A stretch of 63,587 nt of DNA, filler included, from Octopus bimaculoides (lineage: Eukaryota), in NCBI RefSeq assembly GCF_001194135.2. It is 4 parts of 4 records of this genome, joined end to end, with 100 filler letters (N's around TTAATTAATTAA, not from the genome) between each part and the next. Parts side by side here need not be neighbours in the genome. Positions count along the whole stretch, not along the records: positions 1 to 21,382 come from NC_068982.1; 3 more parts are not named here. The stretch is one strand, 5' to 3'. The notes beneath the pieces are model-generated. The model ran no database searches and was not told the origin of the DNA. It was given only the letters and a program-made list of their open reading frames with translations. A program made the position numbers and the translations under genes. This document shows, one piece after another, positions 1 to 12,819 of the stretch (positions within the stretch are counted from its first letter, which is position 1; each line of letters begins with the position of its first letter).

Positions 1-41
<41 letters not shown>

Positions 42-193
42 TGTGTGTGTATATATATATATATGTGTGTATGTATGTATGTTTCCATGTATATATTAGT
101 ACGTATATGTGTTTGTGTCTGTGTATGGCTGTGTGCGTGAGTATTATGTATGTATGTATGTCTGAGTGTGTGTGTGTATGTGTGTGTGCGTGC

Positions 194-224
<31 letters not shown>

Positions 225-240
225 CGTGTGCGTGAGTGCG
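1..240. repeat. (GT)n/(TA)n/(TATG)n compound microsatellite
   Basis: Seen directly; explains the CVCV-type ORF 41..235. Confidence 0.95.
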
Positions 241-283
241 CGCGTGTATGCCTATGTGTGCGATTTGTTTGTTTTCGCTGTAG

Positions 284-352
284 GAAATAATGAATGATTT
301 CTTACTTTTTGACGGTCAACATGCACCATTCATGTATCAATTCAGAGCATAG
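284..352 (+). CDS. Possible terminal coding exon of an unidentified upstream gene (EIMNDFLLFDGQHAPFMYQFRA*)
   Basis: Pyrimidine-rich acceptor tttgtttgttttcgctgtag at 264-283, then the only open frame (22 codons) to TAG; AATAAA-type signals near 500-530. No homology recognised. Confidence 0.2.
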   Translation, partial: EIMNDFLLFDGQHAPFMYQFRA

Positions 353-1123
353 CTCAGCTTTTCCGTTCCTGTTTCTCGTTTTCTTCCTTCCACTGGAATA
401 TACTATCGTAGCGATTTCACTCAGAACGTAAAGGGACACAACTACATATCATCCTTTGCGCATCCCCGAACTAATAATGTAAAACTATCTGAGCGTTAAA
501 AAATAAATTGTTTTTGGTATCAATAAAACAAACTGCAAACGTGTGAATCACTCACATAATACCAAATTATCCAGATATCAAGAAACCCAATATGAAAAGT
601 TTGCGTAGCATGTATCACCAGCCACAGTTCACATAAAATACTTTCGAAGCAATTACTCGACTTATACATATACAAAGGTTGTGATGTAGAAGCAAATCCA
701 GATGAAATTAAAACATTGTATGAAATATTATCAATAAAACAGCCATAAAGAGTCGGGCAATAAAGATCCTTCTTCTCTGTTTATAAAGGAAAAGGATCCG
801 TTGATAAAAAGGGAAAAACATATTCATACTCCACTTCGTAAATGCATTTTGCTAAATACAAGAATGTTACTCCTTTCCTTTGAATGTGGACGACATTCTA
901 ATAGTAATTTCTAACATAAATAATAATTTTTCCTTCTTTGTATATGTTTGTGTTGGTGTGCATGTCTATGTAATTTGATTCAATATATTCAAATATTCTT
1001 ATTTTCAAATTTGAAACACACCAATTTGAAAGATAATTAGTTTGTATTTTAGGTTAAGTATGAAAGCTTTATTTGTGTATTCAGGTGTATTTGATGTCTC
1101 AAAGTACTGAAGAAAAATGCATA

Positions 1124-1168
1124 CACACACACACAACCACACAACCACACACGCACATACACACACAA

Positions 1169-1216
<48 letters not shown>

Positions 1217-1235
1217 ACACACACACACACACACA
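1124..1235. repeat. (CA)n microsatellite
   Basis: Seen directly. Confidence 0.95.
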
Positions 1236-1979
1236 ATCTAAAATGTGTTAAATAAAGTATTATTATCTATTGCAGTCTTTAGAAATTTACGAATACGATT
1301 GATATAAAAAAGATTCTCGATGACTGATGCCTCTTCGAAGTATTATCATGTACGGTTGCCTATTCTCAACAAAGTCTTCTCTAACAAAGAAATATAATCA
1401 CACACTTTCGGGTTCGTTGACTCAGCAAGATTCACAAGAAAGAAAAGCGATTGTATAATATTTGCATCTAATGAATAGTTATTCCTGAAACATTAGATAT
1501 TTACACTCAGCACGAGAGTCTAATATTTTCTGTTCTGCATTTTACTATTTCTTAAGAATGACACTTCAAACAATTACAGTTAATAAAATTGACTTAAGCT
1601 TCTATATCTTGTAGCTGTTCCAGAAACGTAGATCACACGAGCAGAAAGTTGCTGAAAATATATTGCTTTACAAACTTAACACCGTAGCATGCCGAAAGCT
1701 ACTACTAGGATACTATAGCAGTATGAATAAGAAGGTTGTTGCAGGAAACTGAATATATACATGATAGAGGATCACATGTGTACAGTTCATTCTAAATTCC
1801 AAATTTGTTAGAAAATCACTTTCAAAACTAAAATAAAATATTTAAAATATAATTAAAAGTAAAATTTAATAAAAGAATTTAACAGCGAAAATCATAAACA
1901 CGGTTTGTTATTTAGCTACTATTAGCAGAAACGAAACCAGTCGTTCTTCTGTACTAATCTTCGACGCTTAATTACTCAC

Positions 1980-2307
1980 TCAGAGAATTCTTGAAATTAG
2001 TGTACCTCGTGTACGAACTGCATTCACCCAACGTAAGATTATGTTACGGCTGGGAACAGCCTGATTTCGGTAAATGGTGAAGTGGCGCCGAAACTCACGC
2101 CGAACGGCTGTGACAGACTCGTTATTCATCAGGTAACTGTCGTAGGCAAACACGCGATGCTCTATCGACCAAAGCGCCATGGCTTCACCTGAAAAGTTTA
2201 AAAGGCCAAGACACCACGGACTGAATGATACCCGTAGGACATATGTCCCTCCCCTAGCGCTGAGTAATAGCCATTTTAAAAACGTCTGTCCTCTCTGCCC
2301 CACCCTG
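1980..2307 (-). mobile_element. 5' end of a Tc1/mariner-superfamily element with a DUF4817-type HTH transposase N-terminus
   Basis: MALWSIEHRVFAYDSYLMNNESVTAVRREFRRHF...VPSRNIILRWVNAVRTRG (ATG at 2180) matches the DUF4817 pattern; terminus reads TA|CAGGGTG on - at 2309-2301. Truncated. Confidence 0.8.
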
Positions 2308-2828
2308 TATATTGCTATTTATTTGTCAGTCACACACACACGGCCACACACACATACAAAGACACATAAAGGCACAAGCAAACATATTTTGTAACAGTTT
2401 GACTCAAATACACATTACAAAAAATTTATGAGTGTAGGACACGTCCACCTCATTTAGTCTTCAGAGAGAGAGAAGAAAGAATCAAAAAAAATTTCAAATG
2501 GTTTTTTGGTAATTAAGCTTCCATTGGACGGTTCACTTCATTTGATTGATAAATGTAATCGAGAGCTATTTTAATCATATTTTTAGTATACTTGACGCAG
2601 GGTGGATATAGACTTCACATTGTTGGCGTTCTACGAGATAGTGTAATAGCATCACCAATATTTGCATTGGATAAACCACATAACAAATAAGATCTTGGTC
2701 CCAGTAGGTATATTAAATATGAGTCTGTAGACTATGAACAATTTGGAGACAAGAGGAGTGGTTAGTGTTTTGACGGTGTTAATTTATAAATGTGTTCTCG
2801 TGACCGAAACGAGTAGGACGGAAGAATT

Positions 2829-2860
<32 letters not shown>

Positions 2861-3089
2861 ATATANNNNNNNNNNNNNNNNNNNNNNNNNNNNNNNNNNN
2901 NNNNNNNNNNNNNNNNNNNNNNNNNNNNNNNNNNNNNNNNNNNNNNNNNNNNNNNNNNNNNNNNNNNNNNNNNNNNNNNNNNNNNNNNNNNNNNNNNNNN
3001 NNNNNNNNNNNNNNNNNNNNNNNNNNNNNNNNNNNNNNNNNNNNNNNNNNNNNNNNNNNNNATATATATATATATATATATATATATAG

Positions 3090-4255
3090 CCTTGCTTGCG
3101 TGTAAACCATCTAAGCCTTGAGTGGCAAATTCCAGCTATTAACGGCCATAGGTGTGAAAGCTGTTAACAAGGCATACATTTGATTCAGACAAAACAAGAA
3201 GTCATTTTCTTAATTGATGGATGAAGAGACCTCGAGGAGATTGGAGTATTTCTCACGTACTGAATTTTGCAAACTGATGTTGCAACGTCAGGGCTATATG
3301 GTGGATGTGACATCACTTCCCAACCAAGCCCCAATAATTTTTCATGAGTTAGCAAAGACGTGTGTGGTCCAGCGTTGCCATACTAGAACGCGATTCCTTT
3401 AGGTTTTACCATTTCTGGCAGTTTTTCTTTGATTGCTTGCTCCAGTTTCATTAGTTGTTGACAGTAAACATCTGAATTGATCGTTTGGTTCCTTGGAAAC
3501 AGTTCAAAATACACCAAATTGATTGCATGACATTTTATCGCTGCAATGCAGCTTTCCATGTGGTTTCTGCTGGTTCATTATGCTTGGACCATGACCGTTT
3601 TCGATTGATGCTATTATAGACAATCTATTTTTCATCACCAGTGATGATTGGTTTCAAAACAGGTTAATTTCATCGCGTTTGATGAGCGTATCCTAAATAT
3701 TGATGCGTTGTGTTTAATTAATCTCTTTGAATTCATGTGGAACCCAAATATCGAGTTTGTTAACGAGTACAAGATATTTTAAGTGATTTTCAATTGTTTG
3801 TGCAATACATTGAACCCCTCTGCAATTTGTCGCACAGTTATGATAGTCAGATTCAATAATGGCTTTGGTTCGGTCATCATCAACTTCAGTATGTTGACAA
3901 GAACGTTTGCCGTTATCGAGTGAAAAATCTCCAGAACAGAGTTTTTAAAACCATTTCTGACATGTGCATTTTTTTAAAAAATCATCACCATAAATTTCAC
4001 ATGTCCCTTTCTGAGCCTCAGCAGCTTTCTTGTCTTTACGGAAATAAAAGAAGCGAAAATATTCGTTTTTGCCTCCGTATTAAAATTGACACCGAACTAA
4101 CAGCTGTAAACAAAATTACCTGCAATCTGTTTCTAAAGTATGCTAAAAGCATGGGCGATGAAATGTCAAAAGGTAAAAATCATACCATTCACAAAAGACA
4201 TTAAGAAAAATCCTAACTTTATTTGCAAACATTGAAATTACTTTCTTGCCAACCC
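3090..4255 (-). mobile_element. Degenerate mariner (DD34D) transposon
   Basis: Minus-strand translation gives KLDIWVPHE, NQTINSDVYCQQL and GLGWEVMSHPPYSPD with stops and frameshifts; TIR-like GGGTTGGCAAGAAAGTAAT at 4255-4237. Confidence 0.9.
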
Positions 4256-4261
4256 AGAGAG

Positions 4262-4264
4262 GGG

Positions 4265-4318
<54 letters not shown>

Positions 4319-4583
4319 CATATACATACATAAATATTTTTATATATATATACGTACATACATACATTGATACACACACACACACACACACATACACACA
4401 CATACACACACACACACACACACANNNNNNNNNNNNNNNNNNNNNNNNNNNNNNNNNNNNNNNNNNNNNNNNNNNNNNNNNNNNNNNNNNNNNNNNNNNN
4501 NNNNNNNNNNNNNNNNNNNNNNNNNNNNNNNNNNNNNNNTATATATATATATATATATATATAAATATATATATGTATATATA

Positions 4584-4615
<32 letters not shown>
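4262..4615. repeat. (GA)n/(TA)n/(CA)n microsatellites around an N-gap
   Basis: Seen directly. Confidence 0.9.
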
Positions 4616-4618
<3 letters not shown>

Positions 4619-5329
4619 AGTTGTACTTCGCTGTATATATGAGTTTCATAGAAACAGGTAAAATATAAACAAGAAAAACGGCATTTATAATTTATATGCA
4701 TCTATTTATTTAACCACGTAGGCATATGTATTAATTATGAAACAATCTGAATTAAATTCAAATAAGAAAAGCAAAGTAGCGCATTATTTTAAATGAAAGT
4801 AATGCAAGAGAAATTATATGACAATTCCTCGAAGTTAATGAACTGGCTATGGACAGATTGAATCTAAGACACTTACCGATTTACTATAATGGAATTCATT
4901 GATATTGGAGATTAGAAAAATTACCATGGAACACAATGTAATTTGAACTTAAACAAATGAGCAGCCTGTGTAAATAGCTTTAATTTTTTTAAATTCACTT
5001 TCCACTTGCCTCTATTAAGATTTGTACTCCAAGCATACTCCGTTAAAAAGACGTCTCACTCACTCACTCACTCATTCACTCACTTACTCACTCACTAACT
5101 CACTCTCTCTCTCTCTCTCTTTCTATATTTATGTATATATATATGTATATAAAGAGAGAGAGAAAAAGATAGATAGATAGATAGATGTAAGTAAAGCAAT
5201 ATTAGTTGTTGTGACACGTCGAGGTAGCGAAAGTGAAACATAGGAATCTGTGAAAAGTGGAGACTAGAGAGAGTGAAGACGTGATATGAGCTCAAACCAC
5301 AATGATCGGTGGAGTCGGAAACAAGCAAA

Positions 5330-5660
5330 ATCGACACAACCTGAAAGCATAACCGAATCTACCTCGGCCAGCCAGTCTACTATCTTCTCCTCAAGAAATT
5401 ACCATGTGTGTCACAAGCAATACCGCAGAGAATCTATCTGCGTTTACTACCAGGGAGTGAATAATTATTACAAATTAAAAGGGTAAAGGTTTATCAATTT
5501 ATTAATTTATTAATAAATCAACAATTAATAATTTTTACCAAGCCCTTCGGTATGTAAGCACCATTATCGGTGGAGAACTTATTTAAAAGTTCATATATAT
5601 TTATAAACATGAGGAGAAGATAGTAGACTGGCTGGCCGAGGTAGATTCGGTTGTGTCGAT
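5330..5660. repeat. Inverted repeat with a perfect 43-bp arm pair (5351-5393 / 5610-5652)
   Basis: aaccgaatctacctcggccagccagtctactatcttctcctca is the exact reverse complement of 5610-5652; pairing continues (atcgacac/gtgtcgat) past a 13-nt insertion. Confidence 0.9.
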
Positions 5661-6269
5661 GTATGATGTCCGCTCGTTCATGCATGCACGGTTTGCTAGC
5701 ACGGTCGAATTTACTACTGGAATATCGTATTGATGAAGGAAATTGAGTATTATCACTCATAATCCAGGAACGCGTCTACGATTAACTTCGGAATGGTTAG
5801 TTTTCATTGTTTTTTCTTCATAGCTAGCAGAACCTCGGAAGTAGTAATTATCCGAACGAAGGATAATCCACCAACTACTCATTGGGCCAAAGATACATTG
5901 ATCAAAAGAAGCTAACATTGTTGTCATGTTGACTCGTAGGAGACTCGACTGAATCTATATTATATGTAACGTCATTTGGTTTCCCTTTCATTACTTGTCT
6001 TCAGTGGGCTGTGGGCATTCTGTCGCACCATTTTGCAAATTTTATTAGACTTTCATATAGACTAATACAATTATTCTATTAATTCTATTATTTATTTTAT
6101 AGAAATCTATTTGCCATACCATCATGTGGCTGGGGATAAAGAAGTTAACTTATACAAGAAAATACAGCTATTTTCGACCGAATTACAGACAGAGATTAAG
6201 ACACATATAAATACTTGGTGACACATATAAACACATATACACACATAAATGTATATATTCATATGGCAA

Positions 6270-6510
6270 AAGAGATGAAAGGTCCTATTGAGTCGTTAGG
6301 CTCCTAAGACGGGTTTCCAGAATTCTGCGGAGTACGTATTCACTCCTTAAACGTGCCGCAGAATTACTCATATTTGCCAGCAAAGTAGACTTCAGCAACG
6401 TAAAATGGCCTGTTTTGCTTAAGAATACAACACACCCTTCGGTCCAGGAATCGAAACCACAACCTTAAGTCCATGGGTGGAACATCGTATCAGCTATACC
6501 ACGATCCTCC
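6270..6510 (-). mobile_element. Degenerate tRNA-headed SINE
   Basis: Colinear with 39600-39840 (ggtccaggaatcgaaaccacaa = B-box on -; ttgccagc...gcaacgt core). Confidence 0.65.
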
Positions 6511-6814
6511 ACATAAACATTTATATGTACACACACACATGAGAGGCTTCTATACATATTTTCCCATCCAATTTTATTCGCTATGCATTAGTCAGTAAGA
6601 GACACTAGCCCAAGATGCTATAGACACAATGGCACCGAACACCTAATCACATATTTGACAATCGCCCTCTTTAACAACACATCTTTTTAAATTTACTCGA
6701 AACAACACAATTTATACTATTGAATATTATGAAAAATATCTAATTAAAATTGCTCAAGACGTTAATTAATGTTTTACACGTCTAGAATTCATCGGTGAAG
6801 TGGAAAATTACATG

Positions 6815-6831
6815 ACGATATATGTGTGTGT

Positions 6832-6877
<46 letters not shown>

Positions 6878-6918
6878 ATACATACATATATATATATACA
6901 TATATCTATATCTATATA

Positions 6919-7005
<87 letters not shown>
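6815..7005. repeat. (GT)n-(TA)n-(TC)n-(TA)n compound microsatellite
   Basis: Seen directly. Confidence 0.95.
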
Positions 7006-7007
<2 letters not shown>

Positions 7008-7554
7008 TATTTCTTCAAAATAGTTACAATAGTTACAATGTAAATATATGTGCTGTTATACATGTAAGTATAGTGAATACAACCCATTGAATATGAGTTG
7101 ATATTTTAATAGATATCTAATTAAAACTGCTCCAGATCTTAATTAATGGTTCTTACGTCTAACGCTCATCATTGGAGGGGAAAAAGTAAAATTTTACGCA
7201 CATGTCAGCTATCAATAGTAGTCCAGGTTATAGTAAATTTCATAGGAAAACAAATCCGAATGAGTTGTTTTCTCTCAACAGATCAACAGAATGATTTGCT
7301 TCGAAAAATTGTATGAACATGCTGACTGTATTTTTCTAGAAAATATACCGACTACTTCAAGGTGATCATGGTCTTACTAAAGGAACATTTAAATACTATT
7401 CTAGTCGTATTATGTAATATATATAAACTATATGTTAGATATACAAAACTTTGCAATAAAAGTGCTCCATTTTCTATTAAAATATTCACAATAGAAATGT
7501 GTAAATATTCTGATACATATATATGGTTCAAATCTGTCTCACGAGAATGAACCA

Positions 7555-7670
7555 TACAGGTGCAGGTGCATCTGTGTGGTTGATAAGCTTGCTAACTATG
7601 AGGTTTTACGTTCAGTCCCACTTTGCGTCACATTGGGCAAGTGTTTATACTGTTGTCTTCAAGATTGTTC
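7555..7670 (+). mobile_element. Truncated CORE-like (OR2-type) SINE, 5' part
   Basis: tgtgtggttgataagcttgct...ttcagtcccact...ttgggcaagtgt matches the other copies in this window. Confidence 0.75.
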
Positions 7671-10349
7671 TATCATTACTTGAAAAAATTATATTGAAAT
7701 CTACTGTTTAAATCTTCATTGAGGATATTATAATGAAACATGACACTTACTTTGTTCCGTAAATGCCTAAATTTCTAGCCTAATGATTTTCTTTGCTAAT
7801 ATTGGTTTTGTTCTTCATGTTGAAATAATTTTCCTGCTTAGCACCAAATTTTGTTCTTCAACAATTGTAATTTCAAAATGCAATATATTTATCAAGACAC
7901 TGCATGATAACTTTTCTTTGCGTAAACATTTAAACTAGGAAATATTTCTAACAAACAAACTAAACCACCAACACATTACTTTGGGAATCTTGCAGTATAT
8001 CAAGGTAATTGTACGTAGTATTGTCAGCCACAATTTGTTTTAAACAGAAAAACAAAGTACTCAGAATTAATTGTTACGACGGCCGACCGACACTGAAATT
8101 ATACCTAGTATGTCATATGTCGTAATATTTTAGCATAGCATACTCTGTTACTCATTACCTAATTATGGTACATTGCAATAAGATATGTTTGTTTTTTTAT
8201 GAAAGCCTATATTTTGTCAACGAAGGAAAATATCATCTGTCTCTCCCTTAAACTGCTCCATTCATAATATCATTTAGGGAAACATGTACAAATTCTTCTG
8301 ATCTACTCTTTAATAACATTCTATTATTTTAAAGACAATTTCGGATTTTTGTACTTATTTGGACACCATTATATCAGCAATCATGTAATATCTTCAAAAG
8401 CATCTAAATGAAATTCGGCAAATTATATGAAATTATAAGTACACATTCATAGTAAATGATGAAGGTAACATTTATAATGTTGATTTTGAAATGCTTTCTT
8501 GTTTGTTGTGTTACTCGAGCACCAACGTTGAAATATACTATTCTTATTGTATCTTCACAAGCAATGTGATATTGGTTTTTCATATTGTATTCATTTAATT
8601 ATGATACATAGAAATATTCAATGTTTTTCTCTTAAATAATCATTTTGATACTTGTAATAATAAAAAAATATTATTAGTATTCTATAAACGGAGTACTTTA
8701 TGACATAAAACTGACACCAACCGATAAACTGTTTTAATTATCTCACGTACGAATGTTACACGCTTTAATTAAGATTTCTCCACATAGTTTATTATTATCA
8801 TTAACGGTGAATAAAATTTAAAATAAATTTACACAATACTTTTATAAGTTCAGCTGTTTTATTTCGGTTGCGAGAGTGATCATGTCCACTATGTTTTCCA
8901 TTATCAGCTTTTCAGTTTTTAATTAATCATCAACCATTAAAGATGATAACAATTGAAATAAGGAGTATTTTACAACTTTAAAATGAATACGACTGGTGTT
9001 AATCGGAAAGAATTCAATGTCGAATAAAAGATAACATTACGTTGAAAACTATACAAGATACGTTCTTTTCAAAAGCAAAGGTGAACCAAATGTAAAAAAA
9101 AAAACACTACATAAAATAATATCGTATCTGACCATCGGTTTGTATAAATCATAAATTCCTTCAATTAACTTCGTCAAAATAAATTATAGTTTTTTTTTAG
9201 CGGGTATTTCTTTCTTATTTTATTTTTGCTTTCTTCTAGAGTGAGTCTAAAACTTTTAAATTAGAAAATATGCATAATTATTATAATGAATCGACATCAA
9301 AGTTAATGATAATTATTTGATCGCTACAGAAATAATGAGTTAATCAGAATTTTTTATACACTGCGCATAAAATTATTTAAGTTCGTTTCTTTGGTAAATA
9401 GACATTATTGATTTAAGCTGCAAATTAAGACAAATTAAGAATTATACAATTTAGTATAATAGAGTGAATTGTTAAATCATTGCTGCGCGAGAAAACGCCT
9501 AATGTGTTATAGTTAATGACAGAAGATGTCTAAAGTTTCTAGTCAACGTTACATGTTTTGCCATGCGTAAACATCTTGTTTCAAACGATATCATTGTAGA
9601 TAAAAGAAAAATGAGGATCGTACGCTCTAGTTTCAAACTTGTGAAAGTTGACCATCTCTCCTTCTTAGCTCCCAAACTAATTTTATATATAGTTAATGTT
9701 TTTATAGCAGTCTTCATAACCAGTGTTAAATGTGTATGTGTATGTGCGTGTGGGTGTGTGTATGTGTGTGTGTTCTGTATTAGGTTAAAACATGGAAAGC
9801 AAGAACAGTTAACACAACAGTGAAGTTTTTAGTCTCTTCCCATTACGTATTATCGGGAAACCAATTCTTTTTTCCTTTGGAATTCGATAGGAAACGTACG
9901 AGCAATATACAAATGTTATTTCAATTATTTCTCTTACATCACAATTAATATTTCTGCCTTTTTTAACGAATTCAATGTGATAGACATATATCTGCGGCTG
10001 TACAGTAATAATTTTCTTCATTGACTTAATGACGATTTTTGTAAGTATTACGTTAATCGCTTATGGTGTTCACCACACGATTTCAATCATTATAACAAAC
10101 ACTAACAATACACCTGACACCGAACAGATATATTTCTAACATGCGCAAAAGACTGCATTTGGAACAACTGCTACTGAGTTCCAAACAATTAAGCAGTTAA
10201 ATGTGCGCTGGAACAATAATATAAACGCATATTTATCCTTACTTCTCTCTCTCTCCCCTCCCTCTCTCTCATATACATAGGGTGTCCCAAGAAATGTATA
10301 CACAATTTAGCAGCTGACAAGTCAATTGATGATTTTCTTTCCAGATTAA

Positions 10350-10420
10350 ACGCATTGAGAATCGAAACCACGATCCTACGACCGCAAGTCCGCTACCCTG
10401 ACCACTGGGCCATTGAGCCT

Positions 10421-10422
<2 letters not shown>
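10350..10422 (-). mobile_element. tRNA-derived SINE head (same family as 33671-34058)
   Basis: caatggcccagtggtcagggtagcggact...ggtttcgattc on - (A and B boxes). Confidence 0.75.
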
Positions 10423-10477
<55 letters not shown>

Positions 10478-10992
10478 CATGGGTTGGGAAAATAATAGAA
10501 AAACCTAGCTTCAAAGCGTCATAATTTTGAATTAATAGTCAAGACTATTTAAGCATTTTATCTGATCAAATTCGTCCTAAGGTTTGCGGAACTGTTTCCG
10601 GAGGGAAACGCAATCTTTCAGGATGGTAATGCACTACACTAATTCACAGGGCTAAAGTTGTTACTGAATGGCACGAGGAACATTCTAGTGATGTTGAGCA
10701 TCTTATTTGGCCACCACTCTCCCCAGATCTTAATATTATTGAACATTTATGGTGCATTTTAGAATAACACAAGTAAGGAGTCGATATCCTCCACCATCAT
10801 CATCACTGCAAGAACTGAGACTGTTTTAGCTGAAGAATGGACAGAAATTCCTTTGGAAACAATTAAAACTTTGTACGTGTCCATACTTCGTAGAATTCTA
10901 GCTGTAATTACTGCCAAAGGCGGTCCTACCCCATATTAAAATAAATTCGTTTCAAATTTTAAGGTGTTTCTATTATTTTGTCCAATCTCTGC
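10478..10992 (+). mobile_element. Internally deleted Tc1-like element retaining both TIRs and the transposase C-terminus
   Basis: TIRs gggttgggaaaataatagaaaaacct vs rc gagattggacaaaataatagaaacacct; interior reads IFQDGNA / WPPLSPDLNIIEHLW ... RILAVITAKGGPTPY*. Confidence 0.88.
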
Positions 10993-11098
10993 ATACATGC
11001 ACACATGCATAGCCAATACAAATAAACGAATAAAATAACGAGCAAGAAGGAATGTATGAGCTTGATACACAAACAGGTGTTTGTGTTTGTGTGTGTGT

Positions 11099-11134
<36 letters not shown>

Positions 11135-11259
11135 GTGTGTGTGCGTGTGTGTGCGTGTGTGTGTGTGTGTGTGCGTGCGTGTGTTTATGCACATATGTAT
11201 ATATGTGTCTATTTCTAGTTCCAGAATATAATTGGATATTCGTGTAAATTTATTATTAT

Positions 11260-11311
<52 letters not shown>

Positions 11312-11329
11312 GATGCTATAATAAATTTG

Positions 11330-12300
11330 TGTCGTCCTAGTTGAGCAGTAGAATAGATGATGCTATTTAAGGCTGTTAGATCATTTCCTAAGATCTGTCT
11401 AAGAGCAACATTATATATCATGATTGTGTTGTCATTTTTTATGCTGTTTGAGAGCCTTGGTAGCGGTTCAATATCTATCATAACAGTTCTATGGTTTCTT
11501 TATTATTGACCTTAAATTCTGTGTCATATCTATTCTGGTGTTCTTGAGGCAGGTCTGCTTTCTCCTCCTATTCAGCATATCTCTTCTTCGCTATCCTTTC
11601 TTCAGCTTCCTCGTTGGGATGTAATGCTCGTACAGAGGGTTATGTTCATCTGTTACCTATTTCATCAGCATTGTTACTGTTTTCATTTGGTCTACCATGA
11701 GATATTCATGTCCTAATTTGGCTAATTTCAACGTCAGTTAACCCTTTATGCTTAATTATGTCTCAACGTACATTACGTGATTTATTTGCCTCTATATATA
11801 TGCATACTTCGTTGCCTACTAAGTTTCTCCATGAAGTGTATGTTTACACAATGAGGTTATTATTTGGGAGTAGTGAAGCTGTAGAGAAAGCTTTCAAATC
11901 ATCTGTATAATCCTCTCTACTCCACGTGATGCGCTTTGTTTTAGGTGGTGTTTTGATGGTGTTACTACAGGTTTAGGGTCAGAGTTACCCTGGTTCTAGT
12001 TACCTGGTGGGGGTATTTTGTGAGTTTGTTCCAGTTTAAGACTTTTCGATCCCAGTCTGGTTCCCCACTGCGTAACGCGGTCCTTGTCCTGAGGGATGAC
12101 CGATCCGTCATGAGTTTTGGCTTGCCATTAAAGCATTGCTGTTGACAATAGAGACGGGCTTGCTTGTTCAGGGTTAATTTTTGACATGACACTGCTTCAT
12201 TGTTCTTCAAATGGATATATTTTTCATATTGTAGGCTAATAGATTGAAAATCGCCTCTATTTTTGGTAACTATGTTTTCGGGCATAACTGTTTAGTGATG
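11330..12300 (-). mobile_element. R4/Dong-type LINE, degenerate N-terminal ORF region
   Basis: Minus-strand peptides KRITWSREDY, ANKLANVR..IIKHKGLTDVEI and DLTALNSIIYSTA resemble R4-clade N-termini; ends near an (ATT)n/(CA)n tract. Confidence 0.6.
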
Positions 12301-12819
12301 TTTTAAACTGAGTGACTAATTTGCACCTTTTTTATTCGTTCGTGGGAAGTCGCTTTGTTTTTATTTAGTTCGGCGTCGCTCGTGACACGTTTTTCTGTTA
12401 TTTTCTCTGTGTGTACGTGTTGGCATTATTTATGCTGCTTGTAAATATTAGCATGTGCAAATGGATGTATGGAAAGTTGCGTGTATAGGTGATTATTCAA
12501 TTTACGTACTTACTGCGTAACTGGCGTGCTTGGTGTGTTTTTCCAAGGTTCTTGGTGCCGGTTTCGAGATATTGCGTACATCACACTGAGATATAGCGCA
12601 TTTAAGAAAGAAAATACACTGTATTTAAGTTTCGATTTTTTAATTCCTTTGCTTTAACAGAACTTTTCCCACAGTTGTATAGCGAAGTTTTCCTTCCATT
12701 GCACCGATATTAATGGATTAAGTTTGTTTTGTGGAGAAAGATTCTTAATGTACGTCCATGTTGTTATTTAGCCCGATTGTTATTATAATTCTTCTTCTAT
12801 TACTATTATTACAGTCTAT

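Noticed and set aside
1290-1385. Exon-like frames EDFVENRQPYMIILRR (-), also SYLIYLLGPRSY at ~2620-2725 (-) and ISRESYKNNTIG at ~34251-34395 (+)
   Set aside because: An acceptor plus a short open frame is expected by chance at this scale; no homology or consistent gene model.
2770-2825. ACC-GAAACGAGTA hammerhead-like 3' half
   Set aside because: No CTGANGA core or helix I partner upstream.
10274-10316. Second Tc1/mariner element starting catagggtgtcccaag
   Set aside because: Only a single TIR-like stub with no partner or coding remnant; not enough to call.
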